Of a stretch of DNA of 64,000 bases, positions 27,010-38,924 are shown piece after piece. How positions within the stretch are numbered: the first letter of the stretch is position 1; every line of letters begins with the position of its first letter. A model generated the notes under the pieces. It was not told the origin of the DNA. It ran no database searches and saw only the letters and a program-made list of their open reading frames with translations. The stretch is from assembly GCF_963921235.1 (NCBI RefSeq), contig NC_086097.1, positions 99,264,001-99,328,000 on the forward strand, given 5' to 3'. Made by a program: the position numbers and the translations under genes. The stretch comes from Mobula hypostoma. Its lineage: Eukaryota.

Positions 27010-28060
27010 GAGCACATAGCTCCATGTCAGTGGCCACACAGGCAGGATGGTGATGAACGTATCTGGAACACCTGCCTTCATCGTTCACAACACAGAGTAC
27101 AAGAGAAGAGATACCATGCTACAACTGCACAAGTTGTTAATGAAACACCATTCTCACTGCCATAAGGAAATCATTAAGCCAAACAAATTGTAGAAAAGAT
27201 TCATAAGAATAACACTGGACTTGATGGTATGAAATATAAGGAGCTACTGGATAAGCTGAGAATTTTTTTCCCCCCGGAGCATAAGGCGGCTACAACTTCG
27301 TCGTGGTTTGGAGGCTTGCGTGCCTCAATGACCTGGAGAGCTTTGTTGGCTGGAGTCAGGGCTTTATGCTTTGGCTCTTGGTAAGGTCACCCACTTCAAA
27401 CAGGTCAAAGGCTAGAAGCCAGACCAAGAGTGGTCCACCAGTCCTCCAGGTTTGGGGGCTCAGCTCAGGGCTAACAACCCTGACTGATAAAACAAAACTG
27501 TTACGGAAACAGCAATGAAGATCACATTTCTGAGTCTCCACCCAGGACTTGCATGACTGACAGTATTTGAAAATCAAGGGGAATCTAGTGACATGATGAA
27601 GGAAGCCCTGAACACCGCCATAGACGGAGAACCTTCACTGTTGCCCTAAACGGGCAAAGGAGAGAAGAGACATGGGGCTGAGATTCAACCTTAGAGAAGG
27701 TTATAAAACCATAAGGCACACAGATAGGGTGAATGGTCACAATCTTTTTCCCAGAATAGAGGAGGCTCAAACTAAAGGACACAGTTTTAACATAAGAAGA
27801 GGCATACTTAGAGGGGACCCAAGGGCAACTTTTTCCACAAAGGGCATAGTTGGTGCATGGAACTGCCAGAGGAAGTGGTAGGGGTAGGTACAAGTACGAT
27901 ATTTAAAAGACATTTAGGCAAGTATATGGATAGGAAAGGATTAGAAGGATGAGGGCTAAACACAGATAGACAGGACTCACTGTGGTATGCAAATTGGTCA
28001 GCATGGATAAGTTTGGCCAAAGGGCCTGTTTCCATGCTGTGTAAAGCTATGACTCTGGAA
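27010..28060 (+). mobile_element. Old CR1 3' part, interrupted at ~27292-27668
   Basis: DRVNGHNLFPR...KGHSF...VGAWN and tail ctatgactct. Confidence 0.75.
27292..27668 (+). mobile_element. Bipartite RTE-derived non-autonomous element
   Basis: Start resembles the Rex3/Expander RTE 5' UTR (cttcgtcgtggtttggaggcttgcgtgcctcaatgacc...ggtcaccca...caaacaggtc), joined to an RTE-like 3' end with a GA-rich tail. Confidence 0.6.
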
Positions 28061-29265
28061 TCTGGTGATTCACATCTGAAATACATACCCAAGTATGCTC
28101 AAACTTTCAATAAGAGTCCAGAGAAGCTTTACCAGATTGATTCCTGGATAGTGCATAACAACAAAATTAAACAGAATGAAGCTGACCTCGTTCGAATTTT
28201 GAAGAATTAGAGATAATTTCTTTAAATTTACAATTTTTTAATGGAGCTTGACAGGATAAATGCAAAGTTGATATTTTCTACAACTGTGCTCGAGTCAGAC
28301 TGAAATGTTATAACACTGAGTGAAACTGAGGAGGAGGACTGATGCCTTTATTTGAGATGAGTTTTTATTCGTATATTAATGAGTTAACTATACTTGTTGA
28401 CAGTGTTCAAATAATTCCTTGGAAGTTGCAATAAAATCTGTTTAAAACACAGCACTTTGGATTATATTTACGTAATATAAATGGCAGGTCCTGTCCTGAA
28501 ACTACTTAAGCTCTCTTCCAGGCTTACCAACTGACAACTGGCAATGTCTATAAATGACTTACAAACATAGGAAAATATTCCAAAAACAGTACTTCATCGT
28601 ATTATCGAAAATAAAATCTAAAATGAAAATTAAACTTCAGAAATGCAATTGAGATGTTTAAAATACTAGAAAAAATTGTTAACAAATACATTCGAGGTTA
28701 TTAAATTAACTCAAAATATGTAAATCACTTGAAACCTCCTATCTGTCTTACTGCGACTCCTCACCACAGAGATGAAGGATGACTCTGGGTCTAAATTAGG
28801 ACTACATTGAATCACAGGTTCAATGTCGACACGTCTTAGTAAAACTGTGTAGGAATGCAACTTGGAGATACTGGGGACTGGAGCAACACACAACAAGTTG
28901 GAGGCACTCAGCAACTCAGGCAAAATTTATGGAGGGGAACAGACAGTTGATGGTTCAGGTCAAGACCCTCCATCTGGACTGAAAGATGGAGGGGAAATAG
29001 CCAGTATAAAAAGGAGGAGGCATGGGGTGGAGTAAGAGCTGGTGGGTGACAGGTGGATCCAGGTGAGGTTGGGTAATAGGCAGATGGAGGAGGAAAGTGG
29101 GAATAGTACCAGAAGCTGGCAGAGACAAGGTACTAGAATCTAATAGGACAGGAAGGCGGAGCATGGAATCAAGGTAGGGAGGCAGAGAGGGCTGATGGTA
29201 GTAAAGGGGGAAGGAATTGAGTGGGAGGAAAGGAGGAAAGAAAAGATCAGGGAGATGGAGTCTGC

Positions 29266-29765
29266 ATTGATCTGGGGAGGGGCTACTGCACAGGACTGAA
29301 AGAAGCTGCAGGAGGTTGTAAATCTAGTCAGCTGCATCTTGGGCACTAGCTTACAAAGTACCCCGGACATCTTTAGGAAGCGGCGTCTCAGAAAGGCAGC
29401 ATCCATTTTTAAAGATCTCCAGCACCCAGGGCATGCCCTTTTCTCACTGTTGCCATCAGGTAAGGGATACAGAAGCCTGAAGGCACACACTCAGTGATTC
29501 AGGAACAGCTTCTTCCCCTCTACCATCCGATTCCTAAGTGGACTTTGAAGCTTTGGACACTACCTCAATTTTTGTATTTCTGTTTTTGCACATTTTAAAT
29601 AATCTATTCAATATACATAATTGATTTACTTGTCTATTTATTATGTTTTATTTTATTTATTATCTTTTTCTCTCTGCTAGATTACATATTGCATTGAACT
29701 GCTGCTGCTAAGTTAACAAATTTCACGTCACATTCCGGTGATAATAAACCTGATTCTGATTCTGA
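29266..29765 (+). mobile_element. Rex1/Babar 3' fragment with (TTCTGA)n tail
   Basis: HPGHALFSLLPSG...YRSL motif and aataaacctgattctgattctga end. Confidence 0.8.
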
Positions 29766-30016
29766 AAGGTCAGAGGGCAAACAGTTTACTGGAAGTTGGA
29801 CAATTCAATTTTCATGCTACCAACTTGTAGACTACCAGCATGAGGTGCTTGCGCTTAGCCTCACCTTAGTGGTACGGGAGGCTAAAGGCAGACATATCAG
29901 TGTGGGAATAAGAAAGAGAATTAATACTGGTTGGAATTCAGGAAATCCAGATGGCCTTCAGCAAAGTGGTCACCCAATCTGCTTCCTGATGAGGCCACAT
30001 CAGAAGCACTGGATAC

Positions 30017-30246
30017 TATTATGTATTTAATATTTCAATAATATTGTAAATTTATTGTTTGTTAAAGCATTCTTGTTGTTTAAATAATTTATTATCTTTA
30101 TATGTAAGAAGTATGCAAATAGCATATGCCATCATGCTACCGTGTCATACATACATACATTACCACTTAAAGTAAAAACTTGCATTCCCAGTTCTCTTGT
30201 TTTCTTCTCAGTTAGTTATTGTGTTTTGGAGTTATAAAGTATAACA
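30017..30246 (+). mobile_element. Probable solo LTR
   Basis: AT-rich 230 bp with termini tattat (decayed tgttat) and ataaca, flanked by gatac/gatgc, interrupting a Penelope copy. Confidence 0.5.
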
Positions 30247-32719
30247 GATGCAATAAATAAAGCTGGAGTATATGCAATTAAATTTCTGCCTCACCTGGAA
30301 GGACTGTTTAGGACTCTTTTGGTGGGAAGGGAGGACGCATAGGGATAGGTGTTACACCTCTTACGGTTACAGGGGAGAGTGCCCAGGAGGGAGGGGGTAG
30401 CAAATTGATGATCTGCCACTCACCATGAATAACGATGGCAAAGACATCGCATAAAGTTCATGACTTCCATGTTTATGCAAGTGGCCAAAAACAATTCATT
30501 CTGGGCCTCTGTAAATAAAGTTTCACACTACTTCCCTATTTTGTCCTCACTGCTTTTCTCTGAATGAGCCTTCTATTGTCTGCAAATTTGGATTACACTA
30601 ATATTTAGACATTAGACATAATTTCATCTGTAAGGGCAAATTGTGCATGAAATTAATTTGCCACTTATTTTAAAGTGTTTGCACCAACTTTATTATGCAT
30701 AATAATAGATCACGACAATATGACCTTCACAAATAACTTACCAAATAACAAGATGTCCGACATGCTGAAAGTAGTGAATTAAAGTGTTCCACTAGCAACA
30801 GTTACAATTCAGAAAGAGTAGAAATAGGAATACTCATGAGATACTTAAGCAATTTACAAAGGCATTTTGTAGAGATTGAGTACAAACAACTGTCTCAATG
30901 CCACTGATATTCAACAGTTTTGAACTTGTTTTCTATATAAATTAAAAGGATATAAAGTACAAGCAATTTCAAAGTGCATCTGCAAATAATTTGTTAATTG
31001 CTATAATTTCCAAAGCAAAATCCAAATTACTGCTCTGTAACCAGTTGTGCTTGGTTGTTTACAAAAATAAAATATCAGACATAAACAAGAAATCATTTGG
31101 GGAAACTAAGAAGAATGCATCAGTATTCTATTGTAAATAGAAATGTGACATTAAAATATAATGCAGTACACGACCTTGCAGTTGAGACTTCCAAAAGTCT
31201 CCAGCATGACCACGAAGTATATCCTCAGGATACAAGTGACATAAATATAACACACCCTTCAGCCTGGGTTATAACAAGGTCACCATTACGTGTGTGGAGT
31301 TTCTATAGGATTGCTACTAAATAACTGCTGCCAGCTATGGTACACCAAGACTGCAGCACTAAAGAATTGTGTGTCACCAGTGGAAGGAAGCCATTTGCTA
31401 CTAACTCCATGCCACAGTAATTCGGGTATTCCTACTCACTGGCAATTACCCCATTGTGTGCATATTCTTTTCCTTCAGATAGTCACCTAGCTCTCTTTTG
31501 TCAAATACAGTACTCATAATATATATGGGTACATTTGGAACAGAAAACACACTATATGGAGATATACTGTACTCTGGACCTATTTTGTACAATGAAGCAA
31601 TAGCGATGATTAAATTATAATACCTAAATTATTCCTACAGCCCAATGCATCCTGTCTGACTGATTTAGGATGGCCCATCGCTCACAACCTGATTCATGGC
31701 AAAGTCATCTTCATTATTGAAATTAATCTAGTATTGTATTAATACAATGTTCAAACCTGTGCAGCTTAACAGAAGGAAAATTAAAATTAAAAACAAAAAA
31801 AAACTGATGTAATAAATGTCATGGCAGCCAGTTACACATTTAATATTCTTTCCTTAGAAGCTAAACCAGAGAAAGCTCTATGAAATCAGAATTGCATTGC
31901 ACTACACACTACAAGCTTTTCTAAGATTTTTTAATATTTTGTTAATATGAAGTTCATTGTAGGTAGATGAATGATGCTGCCTCCGTAAAATCCTCTAAAT
32001 TCACTGGAAGGATTAAGTAACTGAAGATCAATGATTTTGTTTTATCTTTGTGAAGCAATGTTTGTCATGTAGGAAAGCAGCCTTGGATGTTTAAAAAGTA
32101 GAACAAGAGGCATCATTCCTCTCACCAGAGCAAAAGTCTGATATCTAGTTAGCCTCATTGATTTCATTTAAACAATTCCCACCATTGTTTTCACATTATA
32201 ATGCTTATATCAAATCTTCAGATGTTTAAGGTACCTGAATAGATAGAATACATATAATCCTGAAACTGGTTCAACATTCTCACAGTACTTTCTCCAAAAG
32301 ATTGGCCAATAATTTGTCTGAATTTCTTGATTAGGACTTTCCTAAAATAGAGAACTTCACTTATGGAGTTAACACTGCATAAATTTTGGGGAACATACAA
32401 AATGCTGGAGGAACTCGGAAGGCCAGGAAGCATCTATGAAAAAGAATACAGTCAACGTTTCAGACCGAGACTCTTCAGAAGGACTGATTTTGAGGCTTTA
32501 CTTCACCTACTTCTTGGTTTATTAAAAACACTCACCATTTATTAAGAAGAAATGCTGATTACATGCTTCAATCCAACCTACAGAACGTATGTAAAATCTA
32601 TCTAGTTAACTGACAAGCAACACTCACAACATGCTGGAGGAACCTCCAGCGTGTTGTGAGTGTTGTTTTGACCCCAGCATTTGCAGATTATTTTATGTTT
32701 ATAATGAACTGACAAAATC

Positions 32720-33270
32720 ATGCATCAGGAGTAGGAGCAGGAGCAGGCCGATCAGGTCCTCGAGTCAGCTCCACCTTTCAAAATGATTGTGGATAATGCA
32801 ATCTTGACAATCACAACCATCAACTCACTTGGAATTCAAATCTTCGTCAATCTCCACAATGAATATGCCTCCACAGCTCATTGGAAGAACAACCCTCAGA
32901 AAAGTAATTCCTCTTTACTTTTGTTTTAAGACGTTATACTAAAAGAATAATATACCTTATTCTACATCCATTCTTGAATGACATCATCATCCGCATTGAC
33001 AAATACCCTTCAGGCTCAATTCATTCTTCTAAACTCCAATGAATTTGGACTCAATCTGTTCAACTTCTCTTTATACATTAACTCTCTCATCCCAGGAATC
33101 AAAATAGTGAAACTCACCTGCACTCTTCCAGTGCAACTCTGGAGTGCTTAAGTATGGTGAGTAAAAACATACAGAGTACTCTAGGTGTGATCTCACCAGT
33201 ACCTGTAAAAGTTGCCTTAAGTCTTCCACTATTTTATACTCCTCACCTATTGAAATAAAAGCTTACATCC
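32720..33270 (-). mobile_element. Old CR1 3' fragment
   Basis: caggagtaggagcagg...cattcttctaaactccaatgaa and ctctaggtgtgatctcacca, as in other CR1 copies here. Confidence 0.6.
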
Positions 33271-33876
33271 CCTTAAAAGTAAATTTTAAAAATGGCTTCA
33301 GTTTTTCAGGACTCCTTTATGCCATTCTCCATTACTTTGTTGACAGCTTAAGTGCGAATTAACCAGCCACTGCATGCAGATTTCCAATGCATCAATGAAA
33401 TTCAACTGCTACAATTGCAACAAATAGTTTGACTATTGATACACATAGATATGAGGTATTGTTGGGTGTCATGGCACTTACAGTGTTCAATTTTTAATAT
33501 CTTATTGCTAGATGTGATGATGGGGACTTGAGGAAGAGTTAAAGAGGGATTATCCGATTGACACAATTGGCTAAATTATGGTTGTAAATGCTTCATTATT
33601 GTCTCTGGCTAGACTCCTGATTGTATATCATGCCGCTACCTACTCTCTGTTATGAGACAGAATAAGCCCAGAAAGAGATGGGGAAGTTTGGAATGTTGGC
33701 TGGAAGATATCAGATCCATGATTATAGTGTTTGATTAGTCTGTAGAATAGCTCTCCCCAGCGTTTTCTATCACTCTGCAGTATTTTACTTTCATTGAGAA
33801 TAGTTAACATGCCAGCTTTAACTCATCACTTACTGTTGTGCAACGAACCAGGTTCAATATTTGTTTAAACTCATAC

Positions 33877-34289
33877 CTTTGCAAGCCTGGCTCTTTTGAT
33901 GAGGTCATTAAGTTTACGTAGTGCAGCATTCCGGGGTAAACTCTTAATATCCTTGAAGAGATCCTCTGCTTCCATTTCAAAGAGTTTCCGATTTTCTGTA
34001 ATCTGGAGGGGTTTTGACCAGAAAGAACCTATGTAGACACGGACGACCTCAGGGGTGTCAATCACTTTGCCAAGGGACCACATCAAGGCACCATATACCC
34101 TCATCAGTTGCTGTGTATCAACTTGATCAGCCTTGTTCAGAACAACTCTGATTTTGTCATCTTGGCCTCTTAGTGCCTTGATAGCCTCTGAAAACTCATC
34201 AGATATATCCAACTTGTGGGCATCAAACAGCAGGATTATGCGATCAACTCGTTCAGCAAACCATCTCAAGACTTCTGAAAAGTCATATC
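33877..34289 (-). CDS. EHD4: EHD4 coding exon ([16 protein letters not shown]...[10 protein letters not shown]...RARLAK)
   Basis: 413 nt, ttttag|GATA ... AAG|gtatga. Contains the NKAD (G4) motif. [20 protein letters not shown] matches EHD4 as I recall it. Confidence 0.95.
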
Positions 34290-34369
34290 CTAAAATAGCA
34301 AGTGTACTGTGATTAGTCATTTTTTTTCATCAAAATCGGCACAACCTATGTAGAAAACCCACAGCATTA

Positions 34370-34662
34370 AAATATCTGGCAACCATTACTGTTATATTTA
34401 GAAGAGACTAACAGTTGAACTAAGTGTTGGGGGGGCGGTAGGACCTAAACAGCACATACGGGAGGGGTGAGGGGAGGGTAGGGCTGGGAAGGGGAAAGGA
34501 GACGGGGTGGTAGGGTTTCCTTTGCTTTTTGCTTGTTTACTATACATACATTCATTTCACTTTCATTATGTTGTTATAAGAAAGAAAAGAAAAAAGAAGC
34601 ATTGCACGTTAATACATTGTCGGTTGTGGTTAAGCTGATGCTGCTTCACAATAAAAACATCT
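34370..34662 (+). mobile_element. 5'-truncated L1-like 3' end with G-rich UTR and ~16-bp TSD
   Basis: ORF2-terminal-like KPLLLYLEETNS*, G-rich tract, AATAAA at ~34650. Flanked by gaaaacccacagcatt (34353) and gaaaacccacgcatt (34663). Confidence 0.6.
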
Positions 34663-36559
34663 GAAAACCCACGCATTTAAAAACCCTTATGGAATTTCCT
34701 ACTTAAGAGCATAGGTAAAAAGACAGCTCACTACTAATTTCTCAAGCAGGATTATGTTTGAACATTGAAGAGAAGCTTTGGTGGAAAGCTTCACATCTCA
34801 AGGGTGATTAATAAAAGTTTTAACTAAAAGGTTTGTAAAATAATAAAGGGGTGCACTTTTCAGAACATAGTAGATATGGCCATATTGAAACTACTCCCAG
34901 ACTTTCGGAAAATGAAATTGACTGCAGCTTAGAATCTATAGCCCTGACTTATTTTTGGGAGGAGGCAACATAAAAAATGCAATTGGCAATCACACACAAA
35001 AATAGTACCCGTGGAATTAAAAGGGTGAATAAATGGGGGAAAAAAAGAATCCAGTTTATGCAAGTAATTTCTAATTTACCATTTCTATACAAATTATGCC
35101 AAAACTGAAACAAAAAGGTTTGGGCCTGTCAAGACCACCTTAAACCAAAAAGGTGCCTAAGCCCAAGCGGCACTACACATTGATCAAAGCAAAAAAGAAC
35201 AGTTAGAGCATATCTGCCCAACAGATCACCAGAGTACCAGTTGAATAAACCCAGCTGGGATCAATAACTCAGCTTGTGGATGCTGACTAGCCTATGAATT
35301 TCTATTACTTCCTTCTTAAACTTAAAGTTTTCAGCAGCAGTATTTCAGTTTTGTTTCAGAATACGTAAGTATCATTTATGGAAACAAAACTAACTACTAT
35401 AAACTGAAAATATTTCTACTTCTTTATAAAGTGGTCCAGCTCTGACGAATAAAGGAAAAATACCAAGGGAAACAACTTTTCTTTAAAAATACAATATTAT
35501 ACTATTCGTTTGATGCAACATTTCATGTTGTTCGGGATATCAATTTATGGCAAATTTAAAAAGGATGAGTTTAGAGCCTGAAGACCTTTACTCACCCTAC
35601 TATTAGAGCATTTTTATTACAAGCATACCGTGAACAAAATCCAGTTTGGGATAAATTATTAATTTTGATGTGAAAACTGAATGAAATTCCTCAACTCCCC
35701 TATTGAATAAAATTTTGCTTACTTATGTAAATCAATTAGCCAAGTAGAAATATGCACATCTATAATTCCATCTGAAAAACTGGCAAAGTAACAAAGTCTC
35801 TGAAGAAATAATCTGATTACTGACCAAAATCATCATACAAAGAGACTGTCAAACATAACAATGGAAGGAAAACCAGACACAGTTCCTTTTCAAGCAACTT
35901 TGATGTATGTTGCTTGAATTTCCAGCATCTGCAGAATTCCTGTTGTTTACAGTTCCTTTTCAGGTGTCCTGAAATAAATTCCCAACAGTCAAACAGGCAC
36001 ACATTTATGGACGGTACTGCTGCTGCAAAAATAACAAATTTCACATCATTTAAGTCAGTGATAATAAATCTGACTCTAATTAAACCGTAATCAATCAGAA
36101 CAAAACTAAACAACACTATGCGGAAATCCTAACCACTGGGTGTTTTTCTTCGGTTAAGAGAACATGAAATCAAACAGAACTATGAAAAAAAACCCAAGAT
36201 TTATTCAGTTCCATAATAAAACAACTGAATTATTAATTCAAAACCTCACATTTCAACAACCTACAAAAATAAACAAAACAACTAAGAAACAAAACATAAT
36301 GGAATATACTCCAAGTTTCTACTTTCTTCAAAAGAAACTATGCAGCTGGCTTAATTTGGTAAAACTGAAAAATTAGTCTAATTTCTCAATTTTACTGGAA
36401 GTACAGCAATGGAATCAATATAATGAAAATGTTTTAGAAGTAGATATATGATATCAATAGAATAAACCTTCATATAAACATACAATGCACTTGCAGCTAT
36501 TGTCGTTCTTTAGTGTAATAATATGCATTAACCATTACAAGAATACTGGTACTGACTTC

Positions 36560-36965
36560 AGAACCAGAATCAGGTTTAATATCACTGATATATATCGTGA
36601 AATTTGTTGTTTGCAGCAGCAGTATATTGTAATACATAATAATAAAAACCATAAATTACAGTAAGTATATATTTATAAAAAAAGAAAATTAAATAAGTAG
36701 TGCAAAAAGAGAGGGAAAAAAATAATAAGTTAGTGTTCATGGGTTCATTGTCTATTCAGATTCCATAGGCGGAGGGGAAGAAGTTGTTCCTGATACGTTG
36801 AGTGTGTATCTTCAGGCTCCTGTGCCACCTCCTTGATGGCAGCAATGAGAACAGGGCATGTCCTTGGTGATGGGGGTCCTTAATGATGAATGCTGCCTTT
36901 CTGAGACATCGCCTTGTGAAGGTGTCCCCACGATGCAGCTGGAAGAGTTTACGACTTTCTACAGC
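36560..36965 (-). mobile_element. Rex1/Babar 3' fragment
   Basis: cagaaccagaatcaggtttaat tail and ggggaagaagttgttcctga. Confidence 0.75.
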
Positions 36966-37845
36966 CTGCTATTAACACCAAAGTTGTATAAGCAACAAAT
37001 ACACAAAATTTATATTAGAGAAGGTGGGGGCTTTAAGGGCAAGATAAAAAGATTACATCTCCTCAGATACCAGTGTATTCTTGCTTTTCATGTCAAGTAC
37101 ACGTGCTGTACTTTTCTATGACTCTACACTTAGGTATTGCTTCCCCACCAGCAACAAACAGGTACACACATAAATGTCTGCCTTGTGTATCTAATTGGAA
37201 TTTTTTTTTTACCCAGGATAGAAAGAAATTAAAATTACATGACTTTGGAATATCTGTTCTGTCCAAACACATTGGGCACAGGAAGCTCAAATGCTGACCA
37301 AGGAATCAGTAATTGAAAACGCAAGTTTCAATACTGTGCCTATTTGATAGTTCCCAAATTGTGGTCAGTGCGACACTGAGCAAGCAGCATGATTGCTGAA
37401 TTAATAAGTTTATCTGAAAGTACTTCCAGATTGTAGATAGCCCTAAGTAATGTGCACAAACTAATTGCTCATATCACAAACAGCTAGATAATTTTAGATT
37501 TTATATCCACTTCCTCATTTGCTAGATTCACGTGAGTTGAACAAAATGTAGCCTCAACTTCTGCAATTTTCAATCTGAAATACTGGGGCAATTGATCAGT
37601 GGCTGGCATTGCCTAATCTATTGGACAGGTTTTATCTGCTTTCATGTTAAAAAAAGTAGGAACATTTAAAATTACAAGTATAAACAAAAACAAAGTGCTG
37701 AAGGAACTCAGCAAGACAGTCAGCATCCATGGCAAGCAATAAACAGATGAAAGAATTTCAGCTCCCAGTGTGAAATGCAGGCAGTTCACCCCAGAACCGG
37801 AAGTGATGGTGGTCTGGCATCGAGCTGAAGCCATTTACTGTAAAT

Positions 37846-38924
37846 CATCAACATCATCAGGTGCCATGCCCAATTTGAGCTTTGACTGTCATGGTCCACA
37901 CACTCCTGTTTCAGGTCAAGTGGATCAATTCATTGGTATTCATTTCCAGTTCTCTGGCTGCTGTCTCCATCATCATTTGTCTTTGTCTTCCTCTTGCTTT
38001 CTTCTCTTCAATCTTTCCCATAATTACCGTGCATTCTAACTCCTCTTTCCTAATCACATGTCCAATGAAGTTACGTTGCCTTTTCATGATCTCATATATT
38101 ATTTCTCTTTTTGTGCTTGCTCTGTTCATGACATTCTTGTTAGATATTCATTTCGTCCATGATATTCTTTGCATCCTCCTCAAAAACCACATCTCTGCTG
38201 CTTCAATTCCTTTCCTCATGTTACTAGATATGATCCACCATTCTGAGCCATATAACATAACTGGATAAACTTAACATTTTAGTACTCTGAGGCGGGTTGT
38301 CATGCCTAGTTTAGTGTTGGTCAGTATATTCTTCATTCTCGTAAAGGTGTCTCTTGCCATCCCTATTCTTCTTTTGACGTCCATGTCATCTGCCATCTGA
38401 TGTCACCCAGCTTCCTAAGTAGCAAAAGTTCTGTACTTGTTTTATGTCTTCCCTGTTTATTTACAACCTACAGATAGGATTCTCCTTCTTTTTGGATATC
38501 ATCATACATTCTGTCTTTTTGTAATTGATAGATAGACCCATTTTTGCACTTTCTTCAACAACTATATCAATCAAGTTTTGTAGTTCCTCCTCCGTACTTG
38601 CAATTAGCACAGTGTCATCCGCATATCTAAAATTATTGATGTTTTCACCACCAACTTTGATTCCTAACATATCTCTTATTCTTTGTATTATTTCACTGTA
38701 CACATTAAACAAATCTGGGAGAAAACACACCCTTGTCTACCGCCTCTCTTGATTTCACTTCTTCATCTATTCTTACAGCGGCAGTTTGTTCCCAGTACAG
38801 ATTTCTGATTAGGTGGAGGTCTTTCCAATCTAGATCTACAGTTTCCTGTAATATTTCAAATAACTTACTGATTTAATCAATGACATTGACTGGAATAATA
38901 CCAGAAGAGATGAAAAAAATCAGT
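37846..38924 (-). mobile_element. 5'-truncated RTE LINE with 5' inversion, inserted in the Gypsy 5' LTR
   Basis: PDLFNVYSE, NNFRYADDTVLIA and GKIEEKKARGRQR. (GAT)n tail. TSD atttactgtaaat at 37833-37845 and 38925-38937. Confidence 0.9.

Larger units (their letters stand above)
28865..30400 (-). mobile_element. Degenerate Penelope-like element, interrupted by Rex/Babar (29266-29765) and a solo LTR (30017-30246)
   Basis: caacacacaacaagttggaggcactcagc terminus, then cctcacctggaaggactgttt, collinear with the 46260-47070 copy. Confidence 0.7.
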
